Shown here: piece after piece, positions 9,217-17,557 of the stretch
Layout of the letters: the number at the start of each line of letters is the position of its first letter
Numbering within the stretch: position 1 is the first letter of the stretch
Source: a virus
Taxonomy: Duplodnaviria > Caudoviricetes
Length of the DNA: 29,948 bases
Direction: 5' to 3' (one strand)
IMG/VR virus record: IMGVR_UViG_3300020528_000009
Coordinates: 1 to 29,948 of that record
Notes under the pieces: model-generated
The model's input: only the letters and a program-made list of their open reading frames with translations
What the model was told of the DNA's origin: nothing
Database searches by the model: none
Made by a program: the position numbers and the translations under genes

Positions 9217-9324
9217 GAAGAGACGAAAAAATAAGGCCTATCCCTCATATAAAGAGACTCTTTTTTCAAGCCTTACCCATCATGTAAAGAGACTGTTTTT
9301 AGCGGCCTTACCCCTTAAAGGAGA
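9211..9324. repeat. degenerate 34-35 bp tandem repeats
   Basis: TCATnnnAAGAGAC at 9211, 9245, 9280; GCCT(A/T) at 9236, 9270, 9305. Confidence 0.85.
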
Positions 9325-9331
9325 TAAATAA

Positions 9332-11074
9332 ATGAGTGATTATCTTGGAATGAATCTTCGATATGAAGATTTCGATAAGTTATTAAATCAAGATGAACTT
9401 GAAGAAGTCCCGGTGTCTATTGAAGAGTTTGTAACTGATAAAAGATTTTTGGGTTTACCAAACCTAAGCCCCATTCAATTAGAAATTGTAAGGCACAGTA
9501 CCCAAATCTTGAAAGAGCATACCCTACAAAAGATGATGGGGGAGGAAAAAGGGTCAGAATATTATAAAAAATATACCGACAACGAAGTGATCTGCATGTT
9601 AGGCAAAGGTTCTGGAAAAGACCATTGTGCAAGAATATCAATGGCTTATACCGTTTACATTCTCCATTGTCTAAAAGACCCATTAGGTTATTACGGAAAA
9701 GCAAAAGGTGTGTATATTGACCTTCTTAACTTGGCCGTAAACGCTCAACAGGCTCAAAGAGTTTTCTTTGAACCTTTAAAGAACTTATTATTAAGTTCAC
9801 CTTACTTTAACTCCGTAGGATTTGAACCAAGAGTATCTGAAATATTTTTCTTTAGCAGACCAGTACGATGCTTCTCAGGTCACTCTGAAAGTGAAGGTTG
9901 GGAAGGTTATGAAGTTATGACTGTAATTTTGGATGAGATTTCAGCTTTTAAAACAGACGCGGAAACAAGAGGAGAATTAAGATCAAAAGGTTCTGCCTCT
10001 GCAATTTATAACATGAGTAAGTTATCTGTTATGTCTCGTTTCCCGGAAGTCGGTAAGGTTATTCTTTTGTCTTTCCCTAGATATAAAGGAGATTTTATTC
10101 AACAGAGATATTTCGGTTCTGCTGAAAGAGAAGAGCCAAAAACTTGGAGAATTAAAGCTGCTACATGGGAATGTAATCCTACGATTGAAAGACATCAATT
10201 AGAATCAGAATATATTAGAAATCCAATTGAGGCTAGGGCAAGATTTGAATGTGAACCTCCGGCAATGGAAGACGCATACTTTAGAGATCCTGATCTGGTA
10301 AGGAAATCTTTTATGCATGCAGAAAGTCCTGTTGATGAAGATGGTATTTATAAACCTTGGTTTAACAATACAGATGGGCACAGAAGGTTTATTCATATTG
10401 ACTTAGGACTTAAAAGAGACAGGTCAGCTTTATGTATGAGTCATTGTGCTGGCTTTAAAGAAATTAAAACATCTATGGGAGTGGAAAACCTTCCAGTTAT
10501 TAATATTGATTTAATTCATTCTTGGGAAGCAGCTCCCGGAGCTGAAATTAATTTTGCTTCAGTTAGGCAAATGATTATTGAATTATGTAGGAAATTTGAT
10601 GTAGCAAAAGTAACTTTTGACCGTTGGCAATCCATTGAGATGATTCAAAGTCTTAAAGCTCAGGGGATCAATGCTGATTTCCATAGCGTTAAGAAAACTG
10701 ATTACGATACTTTAATGACAACAATATATGATACAAGATTGCGTGGTTATTGGAATGAGCTATTGGTTGAGGAAGAGTTGTTGAAATTAAGATTGTTTGC
10801 TAATAACAAAATTGATCACCCAAACTCTGGATCAAAAGATTTGGCTGACGCATTAGCCGGTTCAGTTTTCACATGTGTTGAGAATATGTCAATGGAAATG
10901 GAAGTTGATATTGAAATTCTTGGCTCTGACTTCAAGCAATATGAAGAGCTTGACGATATGGAAGAATTTGGTACGGTTAGGGTGTATAATAATGATATTG
11001 GCCAGTTTGTTCCTGGCTATGACAAACAAACCTTATCTACAGAAAGTGGTGAAAAATGGCTCGAAAGTCTATAA
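9332..11074 (+). CDS. terL: terminase large subunit
   Basis: Walker A GKGSGKD, Walker B VILDE, LLSFPR coupling motif, nuclease HIDLG...TFDRW...KIDHP..GSKDLADA. Confidence 0.93.
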   Translation: MSDYLGMNLRYEDFDKLLNQDELEEVPVSIEEFVTDKRFLGLPNLSPIQLEIVRHSTQILKEHTLQKMMGEEKGSEYYKKYTDNEVICMLGKGSGKDHCARISMAYTVYILHCLKDPLGYYGKAKGVYIDLLNLAVNAQQAQRVFFEPLKNLLLSSPYFNSVGFEPRVSEIFFFSRPVRCFSGHSESEGWEGYEVMTVILDEISAFKTDAETRGELRSKGSASAIYNMSKLSVMSRFPEVGKVILLSFPRYKGDFIQQRYFGSAEREEPKTWRIKAATWECNPTIERHQLESEYIRNPIEARARFECEPPAMEDAYFRDPDLVRKSFMHAESPVDEDGIYKPWFNNTDGHRRFIHIDLGLKRDRSALCMSHCAGFKEIKTSMGVENLPVINIDLIHSWEAAPGAEINFASVRQMIIELCRKFDVAKVTFDRWQSIEMIQSLKAQGINADFHSVKKTDYDTLMTTIYDTRLRGYWNELLVEEELLKLRLFANNKIDHPNSGSKDLADALAGSVFTCVENMSMEMEVDIEILGSDFKQYEELDDMEEFGTVRVYNNDIGQFVPGYDKQTLSTESGEKWLESL

Positions 11075-11241
11075 CAAGAGAAGATGTAAATCCTTCTTAC
11101 GATGAAATCGTCAAGGAATTGACCGGAACAATCTCCAACCTTATTATGGAGAATACGGTTATGAAAATAATGATACAAAAACTTGAATCAATTGTTCATG
11201 AACTTGATCACGAACATGGCGAAGTAAATAAAGAATTTTAA
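11056..11241 (+). CDS. hypothetical coiled-coil protein
   Basis: Overlaps terL end; GGTG SD-like. Confidence 0.6.
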   Translation: MARKSITREDVNPSYDEIVKELTGTISNLIMENTVMKIMIQKLESIVHELDHEHGEVNKEF

Positions 11242-11256
11242 AAAAGTTTGCTTTGG

Positions 11257-11288
11257 GTGTTGTGCTATCTAAGTAATGCCGATAGTGT
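11257..11288 (+). promoter_or_regulatory. putative sigmaA-type promoter
   Basis: TTGTGC-17nt-TAGTGT; shares GTGT...TGCCGATAG with 12926-12957. Confidence 0.5.
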
Positions 11289-11340
11289 GTCTATCACAAG
11301 GGCAAAAGCCCTCAAAACAAGAAAAACAAGGAATAGCAAA

Positions 11341-11688
11341 ATGACACTCAATATCAAAACAGTTGATAGTTTCCCTCAAATTACTCGCTCAGGTCGTACA
11401 TCGGCTGAGCTTCAGGAAATCATTAATTCTTTAATTGAATCAAGTAAGACAGGAAAGACATACATGATTGAAAATGTTGAAGAAGGAAAGAAATTCAATT
11501 CTCTTCAGCAAAGAATTCGTGCTCAAGCAAAGAAATTGGAACTTAGTGTCAAGATTCATTTTGACAAGAATACAAGTAGCCTTTACTACATGTCTCCAAT
11601 GATTGAAGCAGTAACCGAAACAGTAAATACTTCTGTTAAGGCTAAGGATGTAAAATCAGTAAAGTCTCCATCAAAGACCAACGCTTAA
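11341..11688 (+). CDS. hypothetical basic protein, possible DNA-binding
   Basis: AAGGA SD, own promoter and terminator, Lys-rich tail. Confidence 0.75.
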   Translation: MTLNIKTVDSFPQITRSGRTSAELQEIINSLIESSKTGKTYMIENVEEGKKFNSLQQRIRAQAKKLELSVKIHFDKNTSSLYYMSPMIEAVTETVNTSVKAKDVKSVKSPSKTNA

Positions 11689-11709
11689 TTAGCAAAAAAA
11701 TTAAATAAG

Positions 11710-11742
11710 AAAGGGGCATGATGCAAATCATGCCCCTTTTTT
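11710..11742 (+). terminator. intrinsic terminator
   Basis: AAAGGGGCATGAT-GCAA-ATCATGCCCCTTT then TTT. Confidence 0.85.
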
Positions 11743-11757
11743 GTGTATAATTATCAT

Positions 11758-12576
11758 ATGACAATTTTCCAAGAACAAACAATAGAAATAGACCAAGAAG
11801 AAATTAATTCATGGTACCCAATGATTGCTTTACCGTGTTACGATCAGTTAATTTCTGAACCTACGGTTATGTCTTTAATTAGAACAGTAATGCAGTTTAA
11901 AGAAATCGGATTGAAATTTTCAATTTGCACAATGAGTGATTCACTAATCTCAAGAGCAAGGAATCAAATAGCCGCTAAGTTTCTGGCTAATAAAGAATTT
12001 ACACATTTGATGTTTATTGACTGTGACCTTGGGTTTAAGGGTGATGATATTATTAAGATGCTATGGCATAACAAGGAAATCATGACAGCTGCTTATCCTA
12101 TTAAAAATATTAATTGGGAACAAGTAGGGGAAAATGCTAGATCCGGAATGGATAATGAAAAACTTCTTGAGAATTCTTTACGATTTGTTGTCAATACCGT
12201 TAAGGATAAGGATAGCAACAATGTGGAAGTTAATAATGGGGCTATAAGTGTTTATGATGCCGGCACTGGTTTTATGCTTATAAAAAGAGAAGTGTTTGAG
12301 AAGCTTATCGAATCTTATCCCGAATTGAAATATATTGACGATACAGGTGGATTACAAGAAGAGGAATTAGATTGGACATACGCATTCTTTAATTCTTATG
12401 TTGACCCGGAGAAACATAGATTCTTATCTGAAGATTATGGTTTCTGTAGATACTGGCAAGAAATTGGTGGAAAAATTTGGACTGACCCTTCAATTGAAAT
12501 GCTGCATTTAGGAAGGCTTAAATATCAGGCTACCATGTTGAATTGGCTTGAAAGAAACGCTATCGCAAAAGATTGA
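11758..12576 (+). CDS. GT-A (GT2-like) glycosyltransferase
   Basis: SLISRARN, LMFIDCD (DxD), GTGFMLIKR, LSEDYGFC, HLG. Confidence 0.85.
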   Translation: MTIFQEQTIEIDQEEINSWYPMIALPCYDQLISEPTVMSLIRTVMQFKEIGLKFSICTMSDSLISRARNQIAAKFLANKEFTHLMFIDCDLGFKGDDIIKMLWHNKEIMTAAYPIKNINWEQVGENARSGMDNEKLLENSLRFVVNTVKDKDSNNVEVNNGAISVYDAGTGFMLIKREVFEKLIESYPELKYIDDTGGLQEEELDWTYAFFNSYVDPEKHRFLSEDYGFCRYWQEIGGKIWTDPSIEMLHLGRLKYQATMLNWLERNAIAKD

Positions 12577-12635
12577 AAGTGAGTTGGAAACTCAACTTAT
12601 CCCTACTGAGTCCAGGGTGCAAAAAATATATACTA

Positions 12636-12816
12636 AAATTTCGTGTATGTTTAAATAAAATAGCGCGGCGTTAATAATTTATTAATTGATTTTGCTAATG
12701 ATTTAACAAAGAAATTTCCGATTAAGTTTAATGGGACTTTGATCAAGCCTGGTCAAATGCTTCTGCGAAAGATTTCCAAAGTCTTAGCAGCTGTATTTGG
12801 TCAGGCTTCTTCGATC
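12636..12816 (+). ncRNA. candidate structured RNA: two consecutive long irregular hairpins
   Basis: Manual pairing of 12636-12717 and 12741-12816; the latter has 16+4+7 bp stems with 4 G-U pairs. Confidence 0.45.
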
Positions 12817-12896
12817 TCTGATCAGAACTCTGCATATAATACTGATCTTAAGTTTTATAATAACTCTCGACAATTTTCTGGCCAGTTTACTGATCA

Positions 12897-12943
12897 ATAT
12901 CATATCCATATCATATCCGTTTCCTGTGTAGCATATCCGTTTT
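12897..12943. repeat. short CATATC(C) repeats
   Basis: CATATC at 12901, 12907, 12912, 12932; CATATCCGTTT twice. Confidence 0.65.
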
Positions 12944-12957
12944 CTTGCCGATAGACT
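12926..12957 (+). promoter_or_regulatory. putative promoter of the early-gene array
   Basis: TAGCAT-17nt-TAGACT; same GTGT..TGCCGATAG spacing as 11257. Confidence 0.5.
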
Positions 12958-13036
12958 GAAAGCAATCCTTAGTAATAAATTTTCTAAGGTAATAAATAAG
13001 TTCAGGATAAGTTTAATGAAAGGCTTAGGGCAATTT

Positions 13037-13480
13037 ATGACATCAGAAATAGAAAAAAGCAAATCTGAACTCATTGACGAAAAGTTAATGGGTTTAGAAA
13101 TAAATGATGGAGATAAGGATTACGGTATTATTTGCCGTATTACTCAGACAAATGATTACTTCACGGTTTACACAAATCTTGGTTATTCTTTTAACGCAGG
13201 TCTTATTCTAAATCTTGTCGCACTGGCAAATCTTTACGAAAAGGCTGCCGAAAAGGCTGAGAATGAGGTTAATGAAAATGTTACTCATTTAGCTCCTGCT
13301 TATTTTGAAAATGCTGTAATTTCGAATAAAGTTATGTCAAGACCTAAACCTATGGCGCACTCTAAACAATTGCGTTCTAATGGTTCTATAAATACAAAAG
13401 CAGTTATTGGTGAAGAAACAGTAAACATTACTTCTTATGTTTCACCTAGAACAAATTTTGCCGAAGAAAACAAGGAATAA
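13037..13480 (+). CDS. hypothetical protein
   Basis: First ORF after the non-coding gap; start could be 13016. Confidence 0.7.
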   Translation: MTSEIEKSKSELIDEKLMGLEINDGDKDYGIICRITQTNDYFTVYTNLGYSFNAGLILNLVALANLYEKAAEKAENEVNENVTHLAPAYFENAVISNKVMSRPKPMAHSKQLRSNGSINTKAVIGEETVNITSYVSPRTNFAEENKE

Positions 13481-13489
13481 GGAAGAGAA

Positions 13490-13780
13490 ATGGAAAGAAA
13501 AAAAGAAGTAGAAAGACTCTTGAATCATAAAATTGAGTCTTTAAAAAACATAAGAGATGCGTATATGAGAATGGATATTGGAGAAGAAATGAATGAAACA
13601 ATAGAAACAGAGAATGAAAAACCTAGTCTATTTGATACAGCAATGAATCATCTTGATAAAATTGCTAATCAACTAGAAAGAGGAATGATTAGCAAAAATG
13701 ATTACGATGGGCAAAGATTAATTATTCTTATTGATCTTGTTATTAACCAATCAAAAATACACAAAGATAAGGACAGGTAA
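13490..13780 (+). CDS. hypothetical protein
   Basis: AAGGA SD, tight packing. Confidence 0.65.
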   Translation: MERKKEVERLLNHKIESLKNIRDAYMRMDIGEEMNETIETENEKPSLFDTAMNHLDKIANQLERGMISKNDYDGQRLIILIDLVINQSKIHKDKDR

Positions 13781-13785
13781 ATACA

Positions 13786-14211
13786 ATGAGTGAAGAAATA
13801 GAAACAGAAACAAAACCAAAAGTGCGTAAGATTTCAGCTGCAGAAATGTCAAAGTTGAATTTTCGTAAAAATCGTACTGCTAAGAAAACCCCTAGCCTAT
13901 ACGATTCAGATTTGCTTGACCGTAATTATTGGGGTAATGATGCTGGAACTGATTTAGAAATGGCTTTGACAAGAATTGAGATTAGCCGTTCTCTTAATAA
14001 AGGGCTTATGCTTGACATTAAGTATTGCCGTACAGCAAGTCATTTGAGTAAGGATAGTATTTCAGAATTGATGAAGTATCAGCTTCATCTTATGACATTG
14101 ATTGCTGATGAGAATGATTGTAATGTTTTTACAAATGTCAACGGTGACGGAAGTGTTATGGTTGATTTTAATAGTGAAACTAATCAATACGAATTTGTAT
14201 TCATAAAATAA
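13786..14211 (+). CDS. hypothetical protein
   Basis: AGGT SD, followed by terminator. Confidence 0.75.
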   Translation: MSEEIETETKPKVRKISAAEMSKLNFRKNRTAKKTPSLYDSDLLDRNYWGNDAGTDLEMALTRIEISRSLNKGLMLDIKYCRTASHLSKDSISELMKYQLHLMTLIADENDCNVFTNVNGDGSVMVDFNSETNQYEFVFIK

Positions 14212-14234
14212 AACAAGCAAAATAAAGTAAAGGT

Positions 14235-14262
14235 AAAGCCGGGGCAAATGCCCCGGCTTTTT
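14235..14262 (+). terminator. intrinsic terminator
   Basis: AAAGCCGGGGC-AAAT-GCCCCGGCTTT then TT. Confidence 0.85.
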
Positions 14263-14278
14263 ATATAAGGAAAAAAAC

Positions 14279-14542
14279 ATGCAAGTATTAAACAAAATTG
14301 GTCATTATTCTTTTCAAAAAGAAAAAATCAAATTTGAAACAGATTTAGATAAGATGTTTCATAAGATTATTTCAAACATTAGATATGGAGAACAAATTAA
14401 AATTCCAGTTACTATTCAAAATAATCGAGAAAAAGAAGCTGTTATTAAAGCAATTAACAAATCAGCTTTGTATAACAATATTGACATCACTAAACGATGG
14501 TCAAAAGATAAATCAGTAATTACAATTTCAGTAGAGGTATAA
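14279..14542 (+). CDS. hypothetical protein
   Basis: AAGGA SD. Confidence 0.7.
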   Translation: MQVLNKIGHYSFQKEKIKFETDLDKMFHKIISNIRYGEQIKIPVTIQNNREKEAVIKAINKSALYNNIDITKRWSKDKSVITISVEV

Positions 14543-14543
14543 G

Positions 14544-14774
14544 ATGAGTAGAAATCCAAATGGTGATGATGTCATTTATGAAATGATGATCATTAGTCTT
14601 GAGAAGAAAATAAAAGAACAAGAGTTGATTATCAAGAAGCAATCAGATTTGATTAGTGGTTTAGGTAATGTAATTGACACAGCAAAGAAAAGACAAGAGA
14701 TTGCTGATAACTACATCAAAACTCAAAAGCTGCTTATTGACCTATTAGAAAAGAAAGCAAACCACAATGGCTAA
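14544..14774 (+). CDS. hypothetical coiled-coil protein
   Basis: GAGGT SD. Confidence 0.65.
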   Translation: MSRNPNGDDVIYEMMIISLEKKIKEQELIIKKQSDLISGLGNVIDTAKKRQEIADNYIKTQKLLIDLLEKKANHNG

Positions 14775-14997
14775 ATGCATTTATTGTTCTTTAGAATTTA
14801 TAGATGAAAGATTTGAGGCTGGTTACGATTATTGCTTAGATGAAAAGTGTAATCGGATTGGCTTAGATAAAAGAGAAAGAGAATTCCGAAAGATTTACAC
14901 TCCGGCATTATTGCACAAATGTAATTACTTTTGGATTAAGAAAAGCGAACTGCGAGACTTAAATGTTAGAGCAGATATGTTAGAAACAGGAGATTAG
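14767..14997 (+). CDS. small zinc-finger-like protein
   Basis: CIYC...ER...GYDYC....C...HK.NY pattern. Confidence 0.7.
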   Translation: MAKCIYCSLEFIDERFEAGYDYCLDEKCNRIGLDKREREFRKIYTPALLHKCNYFWIKKSELRDLNVRADMLETGD

Positions 14998-15000
14998 ATA

Positions 15001-15369
15001 ATGGATCATGAAAAATTTACAAATTATCAATTGTCAATACACCCAGATTTTGTTTCATATCAATTGAAGGAAGACGAAATTAAAGTTTTCCTTTCTGCTG
15101 ATTATGGAGTTGATTCAAAATCTGGAAACAAAACAATTGGAAAAGAAATTGTTAAAACAATTAATTCTTTTCATATCAAAAAAGATAGAGAATGTTTTTA
15201 TGCACAAAGAGTTAAAGACTCTGCAATCAAAAACCTTAGTCAAAACAAAAGACTAGGTAGTGCTGTAAAACTAGGTCTTGCTTCTAACTATGTACATCAA
15301 ATGATGTTATATCAGATTAGAACATTTTTGTTTTATAAAAAATTCCCTGAATATTTGGAGGTCAAATAA
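15001..15369 (+). CDS. hypothetical protein
   Basis: AGGAG SD, tight packing. Confidence 0.7.
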   Translation: MDHEKFTNYQLSIHPDFVSYQLKEDEIKVFLSADYGVDSKSGNKTIGKEIVKTINSFHIKKDRECFYAQRVKDSAIKNLSQNKRLGSAVKLGLASNYVHQMMLYQIRTFLFYKKFPEYLEVK

Positions 15370-15626
15370 TGGAAATGGTTACAGTATGCCCTTGTTTTTC
15401 TTGTGGAAAACAAATTACTTATTTAACATTTGGAAAGAGTTCTTTAATGGAGATAAATGACGCAATTGAAGTTTTGGTTGAAGGTGGTTATGGTTCTAAA
15501 TTTGATCTTTCTCAAATGCTTATTTGGATTTGTGATGAATGTATTGAACAAAAAATGAAAGAAAGAGTCTTTATGATCAATGAAGATATAACAAACGATT
15601 ACACAATGGAGAATGAAAATGATTGA
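15369..15626 (+). CDS. zinc-finger-like protein
   Basis: CFSC...GGYGSKFD...ICDEC; GGAGG SD. Confidence 0.75.
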   Translation: MEMVTVCPCFSCGKQITYLTFGKSSLMEINDAIEVLVEGGYGSKFDLSQMLIWICDECIEQKMKERVFMINEDITNDYTMENEND

Positions 15627-15912
15627 CGGAATCCCAGAGGAATATCTTATGAAAGATACTCCATACGCAACAAGAAATCAAAATGGTGTAGTTACATTTT
15701 TTGATACAGTAGAAGAAGCTATGGCTGATTTTATTGGTTACGAAGGGTATCGATTAGATATTGAAGTTAATGGTGCAACTGTCTATATTTATAGAGATGA
15801 GCTACCAGTTATGTCTAAGGCAGAACCTGGCTCATTAGCTTACGATAATCCTTCAAAAAGAGTTAGATATGAAGCTAGAGTTATAGTAGAAAGAAAGGTA
15901 GAAGCAAAATGA
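15613..15912 (+). CDS. hypothetical protein
   Basis: Overlap packing; start may be 15619. Confidence 0.7.
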   Translation: MKMIDGIPEEYLMKDTPYATRNQNGVVTFFDTVEEAMADFIGYEGYRLDIEVNGATVYIYRDELPVMSKAEPGSLAYDNPSKRVRYEARVIVERKVEAK

Positions 15913-16202
15913 GAGGTAATGTTTATATGATTACTAATGAGATTTATGGTTTTAAAAGAACATGTCATCATTGTGGAGAAGAAAGTCAATTTGGTATTAA
16001 TTATGAAGAATATCAAAGATTGTTTATTAAACAAGAACATGTTCAAGATGTCTTTCCTAATATGCCAAAAGAAGACAGAGAACTTATGATTTCAGGTATA
16101 CACCCAAAATGCTGGATTGAAATGTTTGAAGACTTTGATAAAGATGAAGAAGAAGACAATGGAGATAGCGAAACACAAGGAGAAGAGTATGGAGAACAGT
16201 AG
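15909..16202 (+). CDS. zinc-binding hypothetical protein with acidic tail
   Basis: CHHC...VQDVFP.....RELMISGIHPKCW motif. Confidence 0.75.
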   Translation: MRGNVYMITNEIYGFKRTCHHCGEESQFGINYEEYQRLFIKQEHVQDVFPNMPKEDRELMISGIHPKCWIEMFEDFDKDEEEDNGDSETQGEEYGEQ

Positions 16203-16470
16203 GAATAAAGAAAACAATATAAACGAAGTTTTTTGTTTATGTGAAAGCGAAAGCTGCACTAAACGAGATGAAGTGAATTTGTTTTTAAAAATCAAAAAAG
16301 CATCTCAAGTTGATGAGGCTTCATTTGAGTCTATTACTGATAGTTGGGCTAACTTTGATGTAGATGACTTTATGCCAGAAAGAGAATTAGTTGAAGACTA
16401 TACTTGCGATCTAGATTTAGAATTTAATCCAGACTGGCTTTTATGGGAAACTGAAATAATGTATGTATAA
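16189..16470 (+). CDS. acidic hypothetical protein
   Basis: AAGGAG SD before ATG 16189. Confidence 0.6.
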   Translation: MENSRNKENNINEVFCLCESESCTKRDEVNLFLKIKKASQVDEASFESITDSWANFDVDDFMPERELVEDYTCDLDLEFNPDWLLWETEIMYV

Positions 16471-16576
16471 ATGTTACAACTGTGAAGAAATGTATGAAGA
16501 AGAACCAGAAGACAATATTTGTATTGTCTGTTATGAACAAAAAGTATTTAAAGATAGAAATGGAAGAATAAACTAA
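16463..16576 (+). CDS. 37-aa CxxC...CxxC peptide, not in ORF track
   Basis: MYKCYNCEEMYEEEPEDNICIVCYEQKVFKDRNGRIN; stop overlaps next ATG. Confidence 0.6.
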   Translation: MYKCYNCEEMYEEEPEDNICIVCYEQKVFKDRNGRIN

Positions 16577-16899
16577 TGCAAGAATATATTGAAATTGGCC
16601 CATCACCTTTTGAAGAAGATTGTGCTCAAGTTGGTAATGAAAATTATCGCAAAGATGCATTGAAGGAAATGGATGCTTATATTAATCAACTAAGCCGTAC
16701 ATTTGCTGATGCAGAAAGCAAAGGTATTACATTTAAGCAAAAATGGTTTAACCACGATTTTGGAGCTTATGGTGAAGTTTGTATGTATTGGAATACAGAC
16801 AATGAAGAAGCCAATAGTTATGTTTATGAGATTGAAAAAAGATTACCAGCAAGCTGGGATGAACTAGCAATGAAAGAGTTAGGAATAGTAAATGATTAA
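16576..16899 (+). CDS. conserved phage hypothetical protein
   Basis: IG..P.EE.CAQVG and HDFG.Y.EV motifs. Confidence 0.8.
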   Translation: MQEYIEIGPSPFEEDCAQVGNENYRKDALKEMDAYINQLSRTFADAESKGITFKQKWFNHDFGAYGEVCMYWNTDNEEANSYVYEIEKRLPASWDELAMKELGIVND

Positions 16900-17002
16900 G
16901 ATATTTAGTTTTGCAATTGTATTTTTAATTTTTATACCAATTATATTTATTAGTTTAGCAATGATGTTTAGTGAATCAAAAGACAATAGGAGAATGAAAT
17001 GA
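16892..17002 (+). CDS. 36-aa membrane peptide, not in ORF track
   Basis: MIKIFSFAIVFLIFIPIIFISLAMMFSESKDNRRMK; AGGA SD; ATGA overlap with next gene. Confidence 0.6.
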   Translation: MIKIFSFAIVFLIFIPIIFISLAMMFSESKDNRRMK

Positions 17003-17556
17003 ACAAAGTAAGAATGTTAAAGCTGGCTGATTTTATTGAAAATCTTCCAGAACACAAATTTGAAATGCAATATTGGCTTTCTACAAAAATAGAACAAGGT
17101 ATGTGGAATGGTAAACCTTATTGGTCAACTGATTCTTATCCTATTATTCATAATAGCCAACAGAATACTAAAACACTAGAACCTTTAGATTGTGGAACTG
17201 CTTGTTGTATTGCTGGATGGGCAACTGCAATGAAAGATAATTTTAAACCTATTGCCCTTATTCAAGATGGGAAAACAATTGAAGATAGAGCATTGCAATG
17301 GTTAGACTTAACCGAAGATGAAGGAAGAAATTTGTTTTTAACAAATATTGATACTGTTTGGACAGAATATTTTGAGAAATTTGGTTTTGAGCTTGATGAA
17401 TACGATGATTGTTATAGAAATATAACAAATAAAGCTGCGGCATATGTTATTAGAGATATTGCTAATGGAGTTATTGATATTGATAGAGGATTTGGTTTTG
17501 ATGATGCAAAAGAATTTCTTAAAGAGTTAGGTCATTATGAAGAGGATGAGTATTAA
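16999..17556 (+). CDS. conserved phage hypothetical protein
   Basis: F.M..W...CGTACCIAGWA motif. Confidence 0.8.
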   Translation: MNKVRMLKLADFIENLPEHKFEMQYWLSTKIEQGMWNGKPYWSTDSYPIIHNSQQNTKTLEPLDCGTACCIAGWATAMKDNFKPIALIQDGKTIEDRALQWLDLTEDEGRNLFLTNIDTVWTEYFEKFGFELDEYDDCYRNITNKAAAYVIRDIANGVIDIDRGFGFDDAKEFLKELGHYEEDEY

Positions 17557-17557
17557 A

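Noticed and set aside
9140-9331. 63-aa ORF over the terS-terL repeats, or a mini CRISPR array there
   Set aside because: Repeat period is not a multiple of 3, and units are contiguous with no unique spacers.
340-11074. Inteins or introns in RecA or TerL
   Set aside because: Normal lengths, continuous motifs, no C...HN splice signatures noticed.
12739-13074. ORFs 12739-12954 (+) and 12784-13074 (-)
   Set aside because: No convincing SD, atypical composition, and they overlap hairpins and repeats better explained as non-coding.
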